Positions 1-10,392 of a stretch of 64,000 bases of DNA are shown here, piece by piece. Every line of letters starts with the position of its first letter. The stretch's first letter is position 1. The DNA lies in assembly GCA_037143195.1 (NCBI GenBank), contig JBAWZD010000002.1, forward strand, positions 3,206 to 67,205, written 5' to 3'. Position numbers and translations under genes: made by a program. The notes beneath the pieces were generated by a model, which saw only the letters and a program-made list of their open reading frames with translations, did no database searches and was not told where the DNA came from. The stretch comes from a bacterium (GTDB taxonomy: Bacteria > Patescibacteriota > Minisyncoccia > Phycocordibacterales > UBA9973).

Positions 1-1265
1 TTTGTGAGCGGGAAATATTCCATTGCGAGGGTCTCGTTGTATCCATGCGGAGACATATCCCCCGGGAAAAATGTTCCATACGTTCCGTCAGCAATCATTG
101 ACGCAACAATTTTTTGTTTGAGTACGTCGTACTCTTCTTTTGTATATGCTTTGTTTAAAATAGAATACTTTGCTTGATTCAAACGAATGCACCCAAAACA
201 CGCAGTCGAATTGTAACAACTGTCAGAATATTCACATTCGTTTGAATACATAACGTAGATAGAATGTTTTGATTTGCTCGTCTGAAGAATCCCCATCATG
301 TCATAACACAATTCTGGTTTGTAGTAGACATTGTTGCAGTCCTGACAATCAATCGGCTGTTCGCTGTCTGCCATGTAGGAAGAATTCTTTGTGTCGGAGG
401 CATCAAAGAGACGCACGCCTTCGTGACAATTGAACATATAGTCCCCTGTCGCATTGTGACACTTGGTCGAAGTCGCATATTTTACGATTGATTGTGCCTT
501 CAATTTTGCATACTCTCGTTTGGCTTCTTCGATTGATTCATAACTACTCAAAATTTCAGCTTTTTTCTGTTCATATTCTTCCTTGGTACATTTCTGGTTG
601 AAGATCGAATAGTTCATGTGACGACCGTTCGTACAGAAAATACAATTTTGTGAATCACGCAAATCAAAACAAAAGAGCAAATCGGTCGAGCTCTGACACT
701 GTTCAGAATACAGACACTTGAAACATTGCCTGCAATCAATACATTCATAACAAAGTTCTGAATCATACACGAATGCACAATCACACACCTGCTTGCTCCG
801 CATGATGAGACGCGAATACATCGAGTCCTCGTTCTGCTCAGCTGCAAAAATGAGGTAGCAATCTTTGTTGTCGGCAGCGTTGTTTGTGTAATCACTGCGC
901 ACCGAATCAATCACGAGCAGCGCAATGCGTGGAACTCTAGATTGCAGTTCGCGGAATTGCTCGAGAAATGGTCGAGTCTCATCGAGGTCCATCGCATACT
1001 CGCGTGGGTCCCATTTGTCACTCCACCAACACGTGTGACAGTACACAGGAAAAGCAGTTCCGCTCGGATAGAGCGAAATACTGTCCTTTTGACACAAATC
1101 ACATACACGTTTGTAGAGCGTGCGTTCATTGCGATATGCGAGACGTCGCGCCATGCGACAGTCCGGACACAGTTTTGGAAGCGGAGCATTCACCTGCTCG
1201 TAAAACACCTGATCCTCAGGACGGATTACGAATTCTTTCGAGCACGTAGCGCAGGTTTTTGTCAT
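1..1265 (-). CDS. Cys-rich repeat protein (CPR family; paralog of 57086-58870), runs off the left window edge
   Basis: Absent from the ORF track because it has no stop in the window. My translation from ATG 1265: MTKTCATCSKEFVIRPEDQVFYEQVNAPLPKLCPDCRMARRLAYRNERTLYKRVCDLC...CFGCIRLNQAKYSILNKAYTKEEY...MSPHGYNETLAMEYFPLT, colinear with 57086-58870. Confidence 0.88.
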   Translation of the reverse strand, partial: MTKTCATCSKEFVIRPEDQVFYEQVNAPLPKLCPDCRMARRLAYRNERTLYKRVCDLCQKDSISLYPSGTAFPVYCHTCWWSDKWDPREYAMDLDETRPFLEQFRELQSRVPRIALLVIDSVRSDYTNNAADNKDCYLIFAAEQNEDSMYSRLIMRSKQVCDCAFVYDSELCYECIDCRQCFKCLYSEQCQSSTDLLFCFDLRDSQNCIFCTNGRHMNYSIFNQKCTKEEYEQKKAEILSSYESIEEAKREYAKLKAQSIVKYATSTKCHNATGDYMFNCHEGVRLFDASDTKNSSYMADSEQPIDCQDCNNVYYKPELCYDMMGILQTSKSKHSIYVMYSNECEYSDSCYNSTACFGCIRLNQAKYSILNKAYTKEEYDVLKQKIVASMIADGTYGTFFPGDMSPHGYNETLAMEYFPLT

Positions 1266-1283
1266 ACTTTTCGAGTATACACC

Positions 1284-3692
1284 TTATTTCAACTCACCCC
1301 AATTGTCGCCTGCCGAGACATGCACTTCGAGTGGCACTGAGCGTCGGCCTTTGAGAAACTCCTTTGGGATTACATTTTTCATAGCATTCTCGACGAGGAC
1401 GGAAACTTTTGCGACATCGCTTTCTTTGACTTCGTACACGAGCTCGTCGTGGACTTGGAGGACGAGATGTGCGGAATCAATCAGATGCTCTGTGCGGAGC
1501 GCTTCATCTGCTGCGCGGATCGCAATCTTGATACAGTCGGCAGCCGTGCCTTGGAGCGGAGCGTTCCCTGCCTGACGCTCAGCACTCGCGCGAAGATATG
1601 GGAGCGGCGAACGGAGATCTTTGAAATTGCGTCTGCGTCCAAAAAGCGTTTCCGTATAATTGTGTTTCTTGGCAAACTCGACGACGCTGTCAGAATACTC
1701 ACGAATCTTTGGAAAACTTGCGAAATACGCATCGTGAAATTCCTGCGCTTCTTTGCGCGACGTGCCGAGATTTTGTTGGAGGGCAGTCACACCCATACCG
1801 TACAGAATGCCGAAGTTGATGACTTTGGCAGTGCGGCGCATGTCGTGTGTGACTTCATTTTCTGGTACATGAAAGACCCGACTCGCCACAGCCGAATGCA
1901 CGTCTTTGCCTGCTTCAAATGTGTCGATCAAATAGTCGTCACCCGACATGAGTGCGGCAACACGAAGTTCGATTTGTGAGTAATCAAATGCGACAAGTTT
2001 ATAGCCGTCCGCTGCGACAAACGCCTCGCGGATTTGCTTGGCGAGACCGTCGCTCCCTGGAATATTTTGCAGATTGGGATTTTGAGAATTGAATCGTCCG
2101 GTCGTCGTACCAGCTTGATTGAATGTGGCATGAATTCGTCCACCCTCATCTACCTGAGCCGGAAGCACATCAATATATGTGGAGAGCAATTTTGAGAGTT
2201 CACGATAGCGCAAAATCTCATCAATGATTGGGTGCATACCTTTCAATTTCTGAAGTTCACTTTCGCGTGTGGAGCGCGCACCACCTTCAGTCTTTTTGAG
2301 TTTGGTTCCTGTGCCTTCGCCAACTTTCAATTCATCAAAGAGGATTTCACCGAGCTGTTTGGGTGAATTGATATTAAAATCACGTCCAGCGAATGCTTTG
2401 ATACGTTTCTCGATACCATCGAGTTCGGTATGGCCAATCTCGGCGAGTTTTGCCATTTTTTTAACATCGAGCTTCACTCCATACTTCTCCATATTCTCGA
2501 TGACTGACATGATTGGAAGTTCAATATTTTCGTACACATATGTCAGCCCTTTGTCTCGGATATCTGCGAGGATTTTTGTTTCCGCTTCGGCGAGTTTTTT
2601 GGCTCCTCCGTAATACAAAATATCTTCTGGCGTCGGATTGTTGAGATCCGAATTCAGGAGCCACAATGCAAGACTGAGTTTTTTGAACTGTATCGGGTCA
2701 ATTGATTCCTTTTGTTCATTGACGCCAGTAGCACCGTCGGCGCCAGCATCACTCTTCGGACTCACCCCAAACAATGTGTGCACGCGAGGTGTAAGCGCGC
2801 GGAATTCGAGTTCACGAAACAGCGTCTCGACTTTTGCGAGATCGGCAGATTCTTGAAATGTTTTTTCTGGGACAACGAAATCAATCGGAGCATCTCGACG
2901 AATCGTCGCGAGCGTTTTTGAAAAGAGCGCCTCCTCTTCCCCGTTTTTCAAAAGTTCGACGATGCGTGGCTTCACGACCTTCGCGACTTCGGCTTCATCT
3001 TTCTGTAATTTTTTGTAGATTGATTCAATCGAGCCAAACTGCGTAATCAAATCTGTTGCGGTTTTTTCTCCAATGCCAGCGATACCAATAATATTGTCGG
3101 ATGGATCACCACGAAGTCCCTTATAGTCAGGCAACAATTTAGGACCAAACCCAAACCGCGCCTTCACGGCATCTTCGTCATACATGACAGTATCGTTGAG
3201 CCCTTTCTTGAGTGTAAAAACTTGAACCTTTGTGCTGTCGACAAGCTGAAGCGTATCCATATCGCCAGACGCAATCACGATTTCGATATTTTTGTCGGCC
3301 TGCATTTTCTCAACAATCGTCCCGAGAATGTCGTCAGCCTCAAAGCCCGGAGCATCGTACATCGGAATATTAAACGCTTCAAAAATTCGGCGGGAGCTAA
3401 TAATCTGAGCCACAAGTCCTTCATCAGCTTTCTGGCGAGTGCCTTTGTACGCTTCATACGCCTCATGACGAAATGTTTTCTGTGGGAGGTCGTAACAGGC
3501 AACGATATAGTCAGGTTTGAGATCAGTGGCAATCTTCATGAGCATGGCACTAATGCCATAGAGAGCGCCGGTGGGCTCACCTTTTGAGTTCGAGAAGTCA
3601 GGCATCGCGTGATATGCGCGGTGGATGATGGCGTGAGCGTCAAGGAGCACAAGGCGCTTTTTAGTGTTTTTGGATGCGGTTTTTGCGGACAT
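1284..3692 (-). CDS. polA: DNA polymerase I
   Basis: 5'-3' exonuclease motifs (LLDAHAIIHRAYH, GFEADD, GDPSDNIIGI); polymerase motifs DYSQIELR, RRTAKVINFGILYG, QVHDEL; start set at ATG 3692, 6 nt after TATACT. Confidence 0.97.
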   Translation of the reverse strand: MSAKTASKNTKKRLVLLDAHAIIHRAYHAMPDFSNSKGEPTGALYGISAMLMKIATDLKPDYIVACYDLPQKTFRHEAYEAYKGTRQKADEGLVAQIISSRRIFEAFNIPMYDAPGFEADDILGTIVEKMQADKNIEIVIASGDMDTLQLVDSTKVQVFTLKKGLNDTVMYDEDAVKARFGFGPKLLPDYKGLRGDPSDNIIGIAGIGEKTATDLITQFGSIESIYKKLQKDEAEVAKVVKPRIVELLKNGEEEALFSKTLATIRRDAPIDFVVPEKTFQESADLAKVETLFRELEFRALTPRVHTLFGVSPKSDAGADGATGVNEQKESIDPIQFKKLSLALWLLNSDLNNPTPEDILYYGGAKKLAEAETKILADIRDKGLTYVYENIELPIMSVIENMEKYGVKLDVKKMAKLAEIGHTELDGIEKRIKAFAGRDFNINSPKQLGEILFDELKVGEGTGTKLKKTEGGARSTRESELQKLKGMHPIIDEILRYRELSKLLSTYIDVLPAQVDEGGRIHATFNQAGTTTGRFNSQNPNLQNIPGSDGLAKQIREAFVAADGYKLVAFDYSQIELRVAALMSGDDYLIDTFEAGKDVHSAVASRVFHVPENEVTHDMRRTAKVINFGILYGMGVTALQQNLGTSRKEAQEFHDAYFASFPKIREYSDSVVEFAKKHNYTETLFGRRRNFKDLRSPLPYLRASAERQAGNAPLQGTAADCIKIAIRAADEALRTEHLIDSAHLVLQVHDELVYEVKESDVAKVSVLVENAMKNVIPKEFLKGRRSVPLEVHVSAGDNWGELK

Positions 3693-3727
3693 GCCTGAAG
3701 TATACTCGGAGTCGCCCAAAAAGAGAA

Positions 3728-3758
3728 AAGGCTAATTCTAGTAGAGAGAATTAGCCTT
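3728..3758 (-). terminator. Intrinsic terminator-like hairpin
   Basis: AAGGCTAATTCT/AGAATTAGCCTT inverted repeat with a U-rich tail on the minus strand. Confidence 0.6.
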
Positions 3759-3768
3759 AGTATTTTTT

Positions 3769-3999
3769 TTAGTGGTTGTATCCACTTTTATACTTTGACC
3801 CCTCATCATCGAGATAAATCTTTTTTGCGAGATATATCCACAGGAGGATGCTCGCCTTAACCTTGCCGCTACGGATGTCTTTCCCGTAGCGCCCAATGAT
3901 GCAAAAAATCAAAAGCCCCAAGAGAACCGCCCATTCGAGCGGTGCTTCTGGATCTAAAGAGAATCCCATTTGTTGTAATTCAAGCACAAAACGAATCAC
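3769..3999 (-). CDS. Small hypothetical membrane protein
   Basis: ORF directly downstream of tsaE with one hydrophobic segment (WAVLLGLLIFCII) and a terminator after it; start uncertain. Confidence 0.45.
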   Translation of the reverse strand: MIRFVLELQQMGFSLDPEAPLEWAVLLGLLIFCIIGRYGKDIRSGKVKASILLWIYLAKKIYLDDEGSKYKSGYNH

Positions 4000-4002
4000 T
4001 AA

Positions 4003-4446
4003 TCAAAAAACAATGTGACGTTCATTCTCGTCGACATGTGACAATGCCACGTGGTGTACTTTTTGATGCATGAGTTCAGGAACTTTTTCGGGCCATTCGA
4101 TAATGATGAGATTGTTTGGATTCGCTGTTAGTTCAGCCCAACCGAGTCGTTCGAGCTCGCGCGATGATTCGAGACGATATGCATCGATGTGGATGAGCGC
4201 GGAAAATACTCCCCCACTTTTCAATTTTGGTATTTCATATTTTTTCATGATGACGAATGTCGGCGAGATGAGTTGATCTTTGATGCCGAGTTCGCGAGCG
4301 AGTGTTTGAGTGAGCGTGGTTTTGCCTGCGCCGAGGTCGCCGGAGAGCGCGACGATAGTCGCGCTCTCCTCACGACCACGCGAAAGAGCACCGAGTAATT
4401 CACGTGCCACAGTCGTAATTTCATCTTTTGAAAACGTTGTATTCAT
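4003..4446 (-). CDS. tsaE: tRNA threonylcarbamoyladenosine biosynthesis ATPase TsaE
   Basis: LSGDLGAGKTT, SPTF, HIDAYRL and IIEWPE motifs; start trimmed to MNTTFS. Confidence 0.95.
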   Translation of the reverse strand: MNTTFSKDEITTVARELLGALSRGREESATIVALSGDLGAGKTTLTQTLARELGIKDQLISPTFVIMKKYEIPKLKSGGVFSALIHIDAYRLESSRELERLGWAELTANPNNLIIIEWPEKVPELMHQKVHHVALSHVDENERHIVF

Positions 4447-4547
4447 TTGCTCCCGAAATACTAACACGGCGCGCTTCCTGTCGGAAGCGCGCCGTGTATA
4501 GTTTGGCATTATCGGATTTTGGACCCGAGTGAAAACAATCCTAAAGC

Positions 4548-7526
4548 TTAGTGAGGCAAATGATCGCCTTGGTAACCACCATTCTGCGGAGCCTGTTGCT
4601 GGCTTGGAGCCTGCGGTGCACCGTAGTACTGATGCACGACTGGCTGAGTAGCCATACGCTGTGCATTTGCACGGTGGTAGTAGTAGCGAGCAATGAGGAT
4701 CAAGAGAAGGATCAAACCGAGGAGCAAGACCCATCCGAGGAATGTTGTTGGGAAGAATCCTGCACCGAAGAATGCAAGGCCGGCAAGACCGACGCCATTC
4801 ATAACCGGAGTTCCAACATTGTTCAAGACATACGCGATCGCACTATCCTGCGCCTTCGAAGGAGCAGTAAATGCGAGCGTTGCTGTCGTAACAAGATTAT
4901 TGCCATTTGTTACGTTTGCATCAGCGACTGCCATGATAGTGATTGTTCCTTGTGCGTTTGGAGCAAGTGTTCCAAGAGCAGCTGCAACCGTATTATTGGT
5001 TGTGAGCATTCCCTGTGAAGCTTGCTTAAATGTTACGCCAGTTGGAAGGATCACGTTGAGCACTGCGTTCGAAAGTGTTGATTTCGAAATGTTCTGGTAC
5101 ATGACAGTGTAGGTAATCGCGTCGCCAGGAGCAACTGTCTGGAATTGATCAGTGATCGAAAGGGACACATATGATGAACCACCACCAGTTCCTGAAACAT
5201 ATTTCGTGACAACGACAGGGGTCGTATCGTTCAAATCTGGTGTTGTAAACGAGATGATTGAACCTGAGTACTGCATGCCTCCCGAGAGAGCGACGATGCG
5301 GTAGTAGTACGTCGTGTTTGGACTCGTTGTGATTGTGTCAAAGTAGTTTGTCGCAGTCACACTTGAGAGTGTCTGACCTGAAGTCTGACTTCCCAAAGCC
5401 TGTGATGTTCCGTATTCGAAGTGCACCGTTCCCGTTGCATATTGCTGTCCTGCAATCACGAGACCGTTCAAGCGGACTGAGTATGAAGCAACGTTTGTTG
5501 CAAGCGATGTGATCGCAGCGAACGATGTTGAGCCACCACCATTTGTTACAAACGAAAGTGTTGAACCGTAGTTTGTTCCGTACGAATTTGTTCCAACGAG
5601 CTGGAAGTAGTACGTCGTGTTTGGAAGAAGATTTGTGAGATATGCCGAGACAGCTCCTGATGTTGTCATCATTGACTGTGTCGGAGTCTGACTGTAGAGA
5701 TTGTACTGGTTCGTTCCGTAGAGGAAGTAATATGTTCCGTTCGTACATGAGTACGTCGAGTAGTAACAATTTGAACTGTTGTTTGAGATGTAGCCGTTCA
5801 ACGTAGCGCTTGTATTCGTTGTTGACGTTGCGCTGTTTGTTGTAACACTTGGAGAAGTGTTGGTCAGATTGTTGTACGAGTAGATTGTCGTTGTTTGGTT
5901 CAAATTGTTTGAGCCATAGGAACCATATCCGGTGAGGGTATATGTCGCAGAACTATTACTACCCCAGAGTGGAGCGGTTGTGATCGTTCCTGAGAGCTGT
6001 GAGGAAATAAATCCGTTTGGTCCCGAGACCGAAACTGAACTACATCCTGAGGTCCACCATGTGATCGTTGTCGTTGCACCATTTGAGACTTGCGGCTGTG
6101 TTGGTGTAATTGTCCCTGTACAGTAATTGTTGCTTGCTGTTGTGACAGTGATTTGCTGTGTTGGAGCAGTCATCGAACCATTTGAAGCAGTCATTGTGTA
6201 CTGGTTCAATCCATAGATTGCGCCAGTAACAGTTGAATATGACGAGACTTGTGAAGGGATTGACGTTGTGTAGTAAACGTTCGGTCCAGAAATCGAGACT
6301 GAAGTACAACCTTGTGTTGTCCAATAGAGTGTTGCTGTTGCTCCAGAAGAAACAGTTCCCGGTCCAGAAAAGTTTGTAATCTGACATGAAGCAACTGTTG
6401 GGATCGTGATTGAAACAGTCATTTGTACTGGTGTTCCATCAGCGCGGTATCCCTGTACAACGAAATTGTTCGAAGTATTCGTCAAAGCGCCAGTACTGAT
6501 AGAGCCAGATTGACCCCATCCGATAGTACCCTGTGGACCAGCGACCGTAACTCCGTTACAGCCAGAACTCGTCCAGCGCAACATTGTTGAACCGCCACTT
6601 GTGACAGTGTACTGATCAGCCGTCATGTTTACGGTACAGGTAGCATTATTTGTCACCGTCACAAACTGTGTTTGCGGAACAGCAGAAGTGTCTCCGTTCC
6701 CTCCGTTTATAGTAAATGTCGTGTTTTGTGTAAGCGGTCCACTCGACTGATTCCCGTTCAAAGCAGTTGAACTGAAGCCGTTTGTTCCTGTAACAGTGAC
6801 GTAGGTACACCCAACGCCGGAAGTCCAATTAAGCTGAGTTGCATTTCCACTCTGAACATTTGTTGGACTTGCAGTAAGACTCAAAGAACATGAAGGATTT
6901 GTTGTCTGACTCACGGTGAAGTTCACAAAAAGTCGTCCCTCGTGACACCATGCGTTTCGAACTGTTCCGGTTACAGGACAATCCATATACCCCGAAACAG
7001 ACCCGAGGTTCAAACCATTTCCAAAAAGTTCTGCACCGGTCTGACCATTTGGAAGTGGTGTTGTCATCATTCCTGTTGAGCCACCCTGATCTTTGTACCA
7101 AACAACTGATTGAAAGGTAAGATTCGATGGAACAGAAAAGCTTACGTTGCCAGTCGATGAGGCAGTCGCAGCATTTGATGCTGAGATAGAACCAGAGAAT
7201 GTCTGATTCGAAGTGTGCGTCGCTGTCTGTGGCGAAAGACGAATAACGACATTGTTTGCCGTGTCTGTGCCCGTATTGTGATAGTCAATGATTACATTGA
7301 CACTAGTATCTCCTGCACTTGAGACAGAAGTTGGATAACAGGTGTGTCCACTGTGTGAGGTCGACGGTGTTGCCACCATGACGACAGGACAGTCGGAACC
7401 AGCTCCCCCAATCGAGTTGTCGTTAAATGATGCAGCGCGCGCATTTGGCACGATCATCATAAAACCAACCACAGCGAGTGTAGCGAGCGTATACGAATAT
7501 ATTTTTTTCATACTAATTGAATTCAT
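4548..7526 (-). CDS. Large Ser/Thr-rich surface protein with Ig/Fn3-like repeats, a DUF11-like domain and a C-terminal membrane anchor
   Basis: Signal peptide; repeated V-x-x-G-x-x-T-x-L-x-W-T-x-x-G-C units; Fn3-like LTNLLPNTTYYFQL; DUF11-like VAPGDAITYTVMYQN; C-terminal TM helix; start may be 7511. Confidence 0.85.
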   Translation of the reverse strand: MNSISMKKIYSYTLATLAVVGFMMIVPNARAASFNDNSIGGAGSDCPVVMVATPSTSHSGHTCYPTSVSSAGDTSVNVIIDYHNTGTDTANNVVIRLSPQTATHTSNQTFSGSISASNAATASSTGNVSFSVPSNLTFQSVVWYKDQGGSTGMMTTPLPNGQTGAELFGNGLNLGSVSGYMDCPVTGTVRNAWCHEGRLFVNFTVSQTTNPSCSLSLTASPTNVQSGNATQLNWTSGVGCTYVTVTGTNGFSSTALNGNQSSGPLTQNTTFTINGGNGDTSAVPQTQFVTVTNNATCTVNMTADQYTVTSGGSTMLRWTSSGCNGVTVAGPQGTIGWGQSGSISTGALTNTSNNFVVQGYRADGTPVQMTVSITIPTVASCQITNFSGPGTVSSGATATLYWTTQGCTSVSISGPNVYYTTSIPSQVSSYSTVTGAIYGLNQYTMTASNGSMTAPTQQITVTTASNNYCTGTITPTQPQVSNGATTTITWWTSGCSSVSVSGPNGFISSQLSGTITTAPLWGSNSSATYTLTGYGSYGSNNLNQTTTIYSYNNLTNTSPSVTTNSATSTTNTSATLNGYISNNSSNCYYSTYSCTNGTYYFLYGTNQYNLYSQTPTQSMMTTSGAVSAYLTNLLPNTTYYFQLVGTNSYGTNYGSTLSFVTNGGGSTSFAAITSLATNVASYSVRLNGLVIAGQQYATGTVHFEYGTSQALGSQTSGQTLSSVTATNYFDTITTSPNTTYYYRIVALSGGMQYSGSIISFTTPDLNDTTPVVVTKYVSGTGGGSSYVSLSITDQFQTVAPGDAITYTVMYQNISKSTLSNAVLNVILPTGVTFKQASQGMLTTNNTVAAALGTLAPNAQGTITIMAVADANVTNGNNLVTTATLAFTAPSKAQDSAIAYVLNNVGTPVMNGVGLAGLAFFGAGFFPTTFLGWVLLLGLILLLILIARYYYHRANAQRMATQPVVHQYYGAPQAPSQQQAPQNGGYQGDHLPH

Positions 7527-7676
7527 GCTTCTAAAATCAAAACTAATAATCTTCTCGGTGTGTCATCTGACCGACGGCACCATCTCAATCTTTAACGTAT
7601 CCGTTCAAAACTGAGATTGTGCGACAAAGAGAATTGGATCCTCTTTGTCACATAAACATTTTTTAATTACCACTTT

Positions 7677-8438
7677 TTAATAACCACCGCCATTGGTGAT
7701 TCCGGAGCCACCGGCTCCATTGTTGTAGGTACCAAAATTATGGTACCCGTTTCCGACACCCCCACCATTCGTAATCGGGTATCGCACGTTGTGCGGTGCG
7801 GCCATACTGTGCCCACGGAAAGAATAATAGTTCCCATTGAAACGAGAATTATGATTCCTCGCAAGCGAGCCCATGTTGTGCACTTTCACTGCCCCACAAC
7901 TCAGAAATTCAATCACAAGAGATCCGATTGTCCCCACAGTATTGAGGACTGCATTGTAATTCTGCATGTGTCTGGTATGTTTATCCGACTGAATGCCGGA
8001 CTCCAACCATTGAATGTACTTATCCTCGGATATCGACCGAGTATTTCTGGGGACAAGCTCCGGATGGAGCTCCAGGAAGTTCGTTACGATAGCAACCGTG
8101 TCTGCCCAGTTACGAGCACCTACAAGAGCATCGATCTGAACTTTCTGTGATTTCACCTCTATTTTCATCTTGGCGAATTCCAACTCAAGGTCGCCCACCC
8201 TTTTGTCAAGGTCAGCGAAGTGCTCTTTGTCGTCTTTCTGCTGGGCTTCCAGCTTGTCGAGCCGTGCCAATATAATCTTGGTGGTCTTCGATAGGCCGCC
8301 ACTTTTTTTGTGGCACCCACACGCGCACGCCTTAGGCGGGCAATGGATCGTGCAGTGTTTGCATGTATCCTGAGCAAACGTCTTGTTTGCCCACATTCCT
8401 GCAATTACGAGCAGGAGAACTACTAGTATTCTTTTCAT
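7677..8438 (-). CDS. Secreted hypothetical protein (Cys-rich N-terminus, coiled coil, Gly/Asn-rich tail)
   Basis: Start MKRILVVLLLVIAGMWANKTFAQ; CKHCTIHCPPKACACGC; upstream TTGACT...TATAAT promoter. Confidence 0.75.
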   Translation of the reverse strand: MKRILVVLLLVIAGMWANKTFAQDTCKHCTIHCPPKACACGCHKKSGGLSKTTKIILARLDKLEAQQKDDKEHFADLDKRVGDLELEFAKMKIEVKSQKVQIDALVGARNWADTVAIVTNFLELHPELVPRNTRSISEDKYIQWLESGIQSDKHTRHMQNYNAVLNTVGTIGSLVIEFLSCGAVKVHNMGSLARNHNSRFNGNYYSFRGHSMAAPHNVRYPITNGGGVGNGYHNFGTYNNGAGGSGITNGGGY

Positions 8439-8550
8439 AAATGAACATTTAGTTTTTTTACATTTGAATATATTATATATCATTTGTCTATAAAAGTCAA
8501 GGGCCTGTATCGCCTGAAGTTCCTTTGTGCGGTATACTATTTCTAGACCT

Positions 8551-10245
8551 ATGCCCCAAGACTTTGATGACAAAATCGACCGTAATATAGCGGAATTTCG
8601 CGCACAGGAAGAAGAGGCGCTCGCGAGCGTCCTTGCGACCTCAAAATACGACATTCCTTACGTCAATCTCTCAACGACGGCCGTCCAAAATGAGGCACTC
8701 CGCCTGGTTGCCGAAGAAGATGCTCGTCGAATCAAAGTCGCTCCATTCAAACTCTCTGGCAAAGAAGTTTCCGTCGCGATTCTCGACCCATCGAGTGACG
8801 ATGTGGTGACCTGCTTCGAAGAACTCGAACACAAAGGCTGGACTCCCCGCCCGTTTATGGCAAGTCATGCAAGTCTTGAACATGCGTGGGCTCGTTACAA
8901 AGAAATCTCTTTCGCCCAAGAATCTCGCCGTGGTGGTCTTGATGTCTCAAGCGCGACGCTTGAGGATCTCGCAAAAGAAATCAAAAATCTCGGCGATGTG
9001 AAGCGTATCGTCGACGAAATCACGACCGGCCACGAGACTCACGCGACGTCTCGACTGCTGGAGGTTATCCTCGCTGGAGCTATTTCGCTCCAATGTTCCG
9101 ACGTGCATATCGAGCCAGAAGAAAAGCAAGCTCGCGTGCGTTTTCGTCTCGACGGAGTTCTGCAAGATATTCTTTTTCTTGACCCAAAACTGTATCACCT
9201 CCTCAACTCACGCATCAAACTCATTGCCGGATTAAAGCTGACCATCGTCACCAAAGCGCAGGACGGACGTTTTAGTATCTTTGAAAACGGCGTCGAAATT
9301 TCGATGCGTACTTCGACGATTCCTGGCTCCTACGGCGAATCAATCGTGATGCGTATTCTCGACCCAAAATCGATTCAAGTTGATCTTGCGAACATGGGTA
9401 TTGAGCCAAAACTCTTCACCATCATCGATGCTGAAATCAAAAAACCAAACGGCCTCATTCTCATTACCGGTCCGACAGGAAGTGGAAAAACCACGACGCT
9501 GTATGCGTTTTTGCGCAAAATCTATAGTCCAGAAATCAAAATGATCACCATTGAAGATCCAGTGGAATATCACCTCGACGGCATCACGCAAACACAAGTT
9601 GAACCTGGATATACATTCCTCGATGGATTGCGCGCAGCACTTCGCCAAGACCCAGACGTGATAATGGTGGGAGAAATTCGTGACGGAGAAACAGCAAAAA
9701 TCGCAGTTGAATCTGCACTGACTGGACACATCGTGTTCTCAACACTGCACACCAACAATGCGGCCGGAGTCATCCCCCGCTTGATTGATCTTGATGTAAA
9801 TCCAAAAATTTTGGTCTCCGCACTTTCGCTCTCTATCGCTCAGCGTCTCGTGCGTAAACTCTGCACCGTATGTAAAGTCGAGCGCCCCGTAAAACCGGAA
9901 GAAGAAGCACTCCTCCGCAAACTTTTAAAACAAGCAGCAGACCAAAACAAAAATATCGGCGCGTATAATCTCACGGCCGACATGCCAATCAAACTCTTTA
10001 CCGCTCCCGGATGCGAAGCATGTCACAACACCGGATACAAAGGACGTATGGGTATTTTTGAAGCAATCAAAACAGACGAAGCAATTGAAAAAATAATCCC
10101 AACCAATCCAAGTGAGCGCGAAATCAAACGTGTCGCCGCCACCCAAGGGATCTTCAACATGCAAGAAGACGGCATGGTCAAAATCCTCTCCGGCATCACC
10201 TCTATCGAAGAAGTGCAAAGCGTCGTGGACTTAACGGAAGAATAA
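8551..10245 (+). CDS. Type IV pilus/T2SS assembly ATPase (PilB/GspE family)
   Basis: SDVHIEP, Walker A GPTGSGKTT, TIEDPVEY, LRQDPDVIMVGEIRD, tetra-Cys motif, GYKGR. Confidence 0.93.
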   Translation: MPQDFDDKIDRNIAEFRAQEEEALASVLATSKYDIPYVNLSTTAVQNEALRLVAEEDARRIKVAPFKLSGKEVSVAILDPSSDDVVTCFEELEHKGWTPRPFMASHASLEHAWARYKEISFAQESRRGGLDVSSATLEDLAKEIKNLGDVKRIVDEITTGHETHATSRLLEVILAGAISLQCSDVHIEPEEKQARVRFRLDGVLQDILFLDPKLYHLLNSRIKLIAGLKLTIVTKAQDGRFSIFENGVEISMRTSTIPGSYGESIVMRILDPKSIQVDLANMGIEPKLFTIIDAEIKKPNGLILITGPTGSGKTTTLYAFLRKIYSPEIKMITIEDPVEYHLDGITQTQVEPGYTFLDGLRAALRQDPDVIMVGEIRDGETAKIAVESALTGHIVFSTLHTNNAAGVIPRLIDLDVNPKILVSALSLSIAQRLVRKLCTVCKVERPVKPEEEALLRKLLKQAADQNKNIGAYNLTADMPIKLFTAPGCEACHNTGYKGRMGIFEAIKTDEAIEKIIPTNPSEREIKRVAATQGIFNMQEDGMVKILSGITSIEEVQSVVDLTEE

Positions 10246-10264
10246 TTTTTTGTTCAGTCGCGAA

Positions 10265-10379
10265 CAAAACCGAAAGACACTTCTTTGAAGAAGGCCTTTC
10301 GCAGGCGCTTGGCGCCGAGAAGCCCGCGAGCGAGCACGCGAGACGGGTTGCCTTTTCAAAGAAGCGTCTTTCGGTTTTG
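10265..10379. repeat. Hairpin/MITE-like element with ~31-bp inverted arms and a CGAGCGAGC-containing core
   Basis: CAAAACCGAAAGACACTTCTTTGAAGAAGGC ... GCCTTTTCAAAGAAGCGTCTTTCGGTTTTG; imperfect pairing extends to about 10246-10398. Confidence 0.75.
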
Positions 10380-10392
10380 CCCACGAGGCAAC

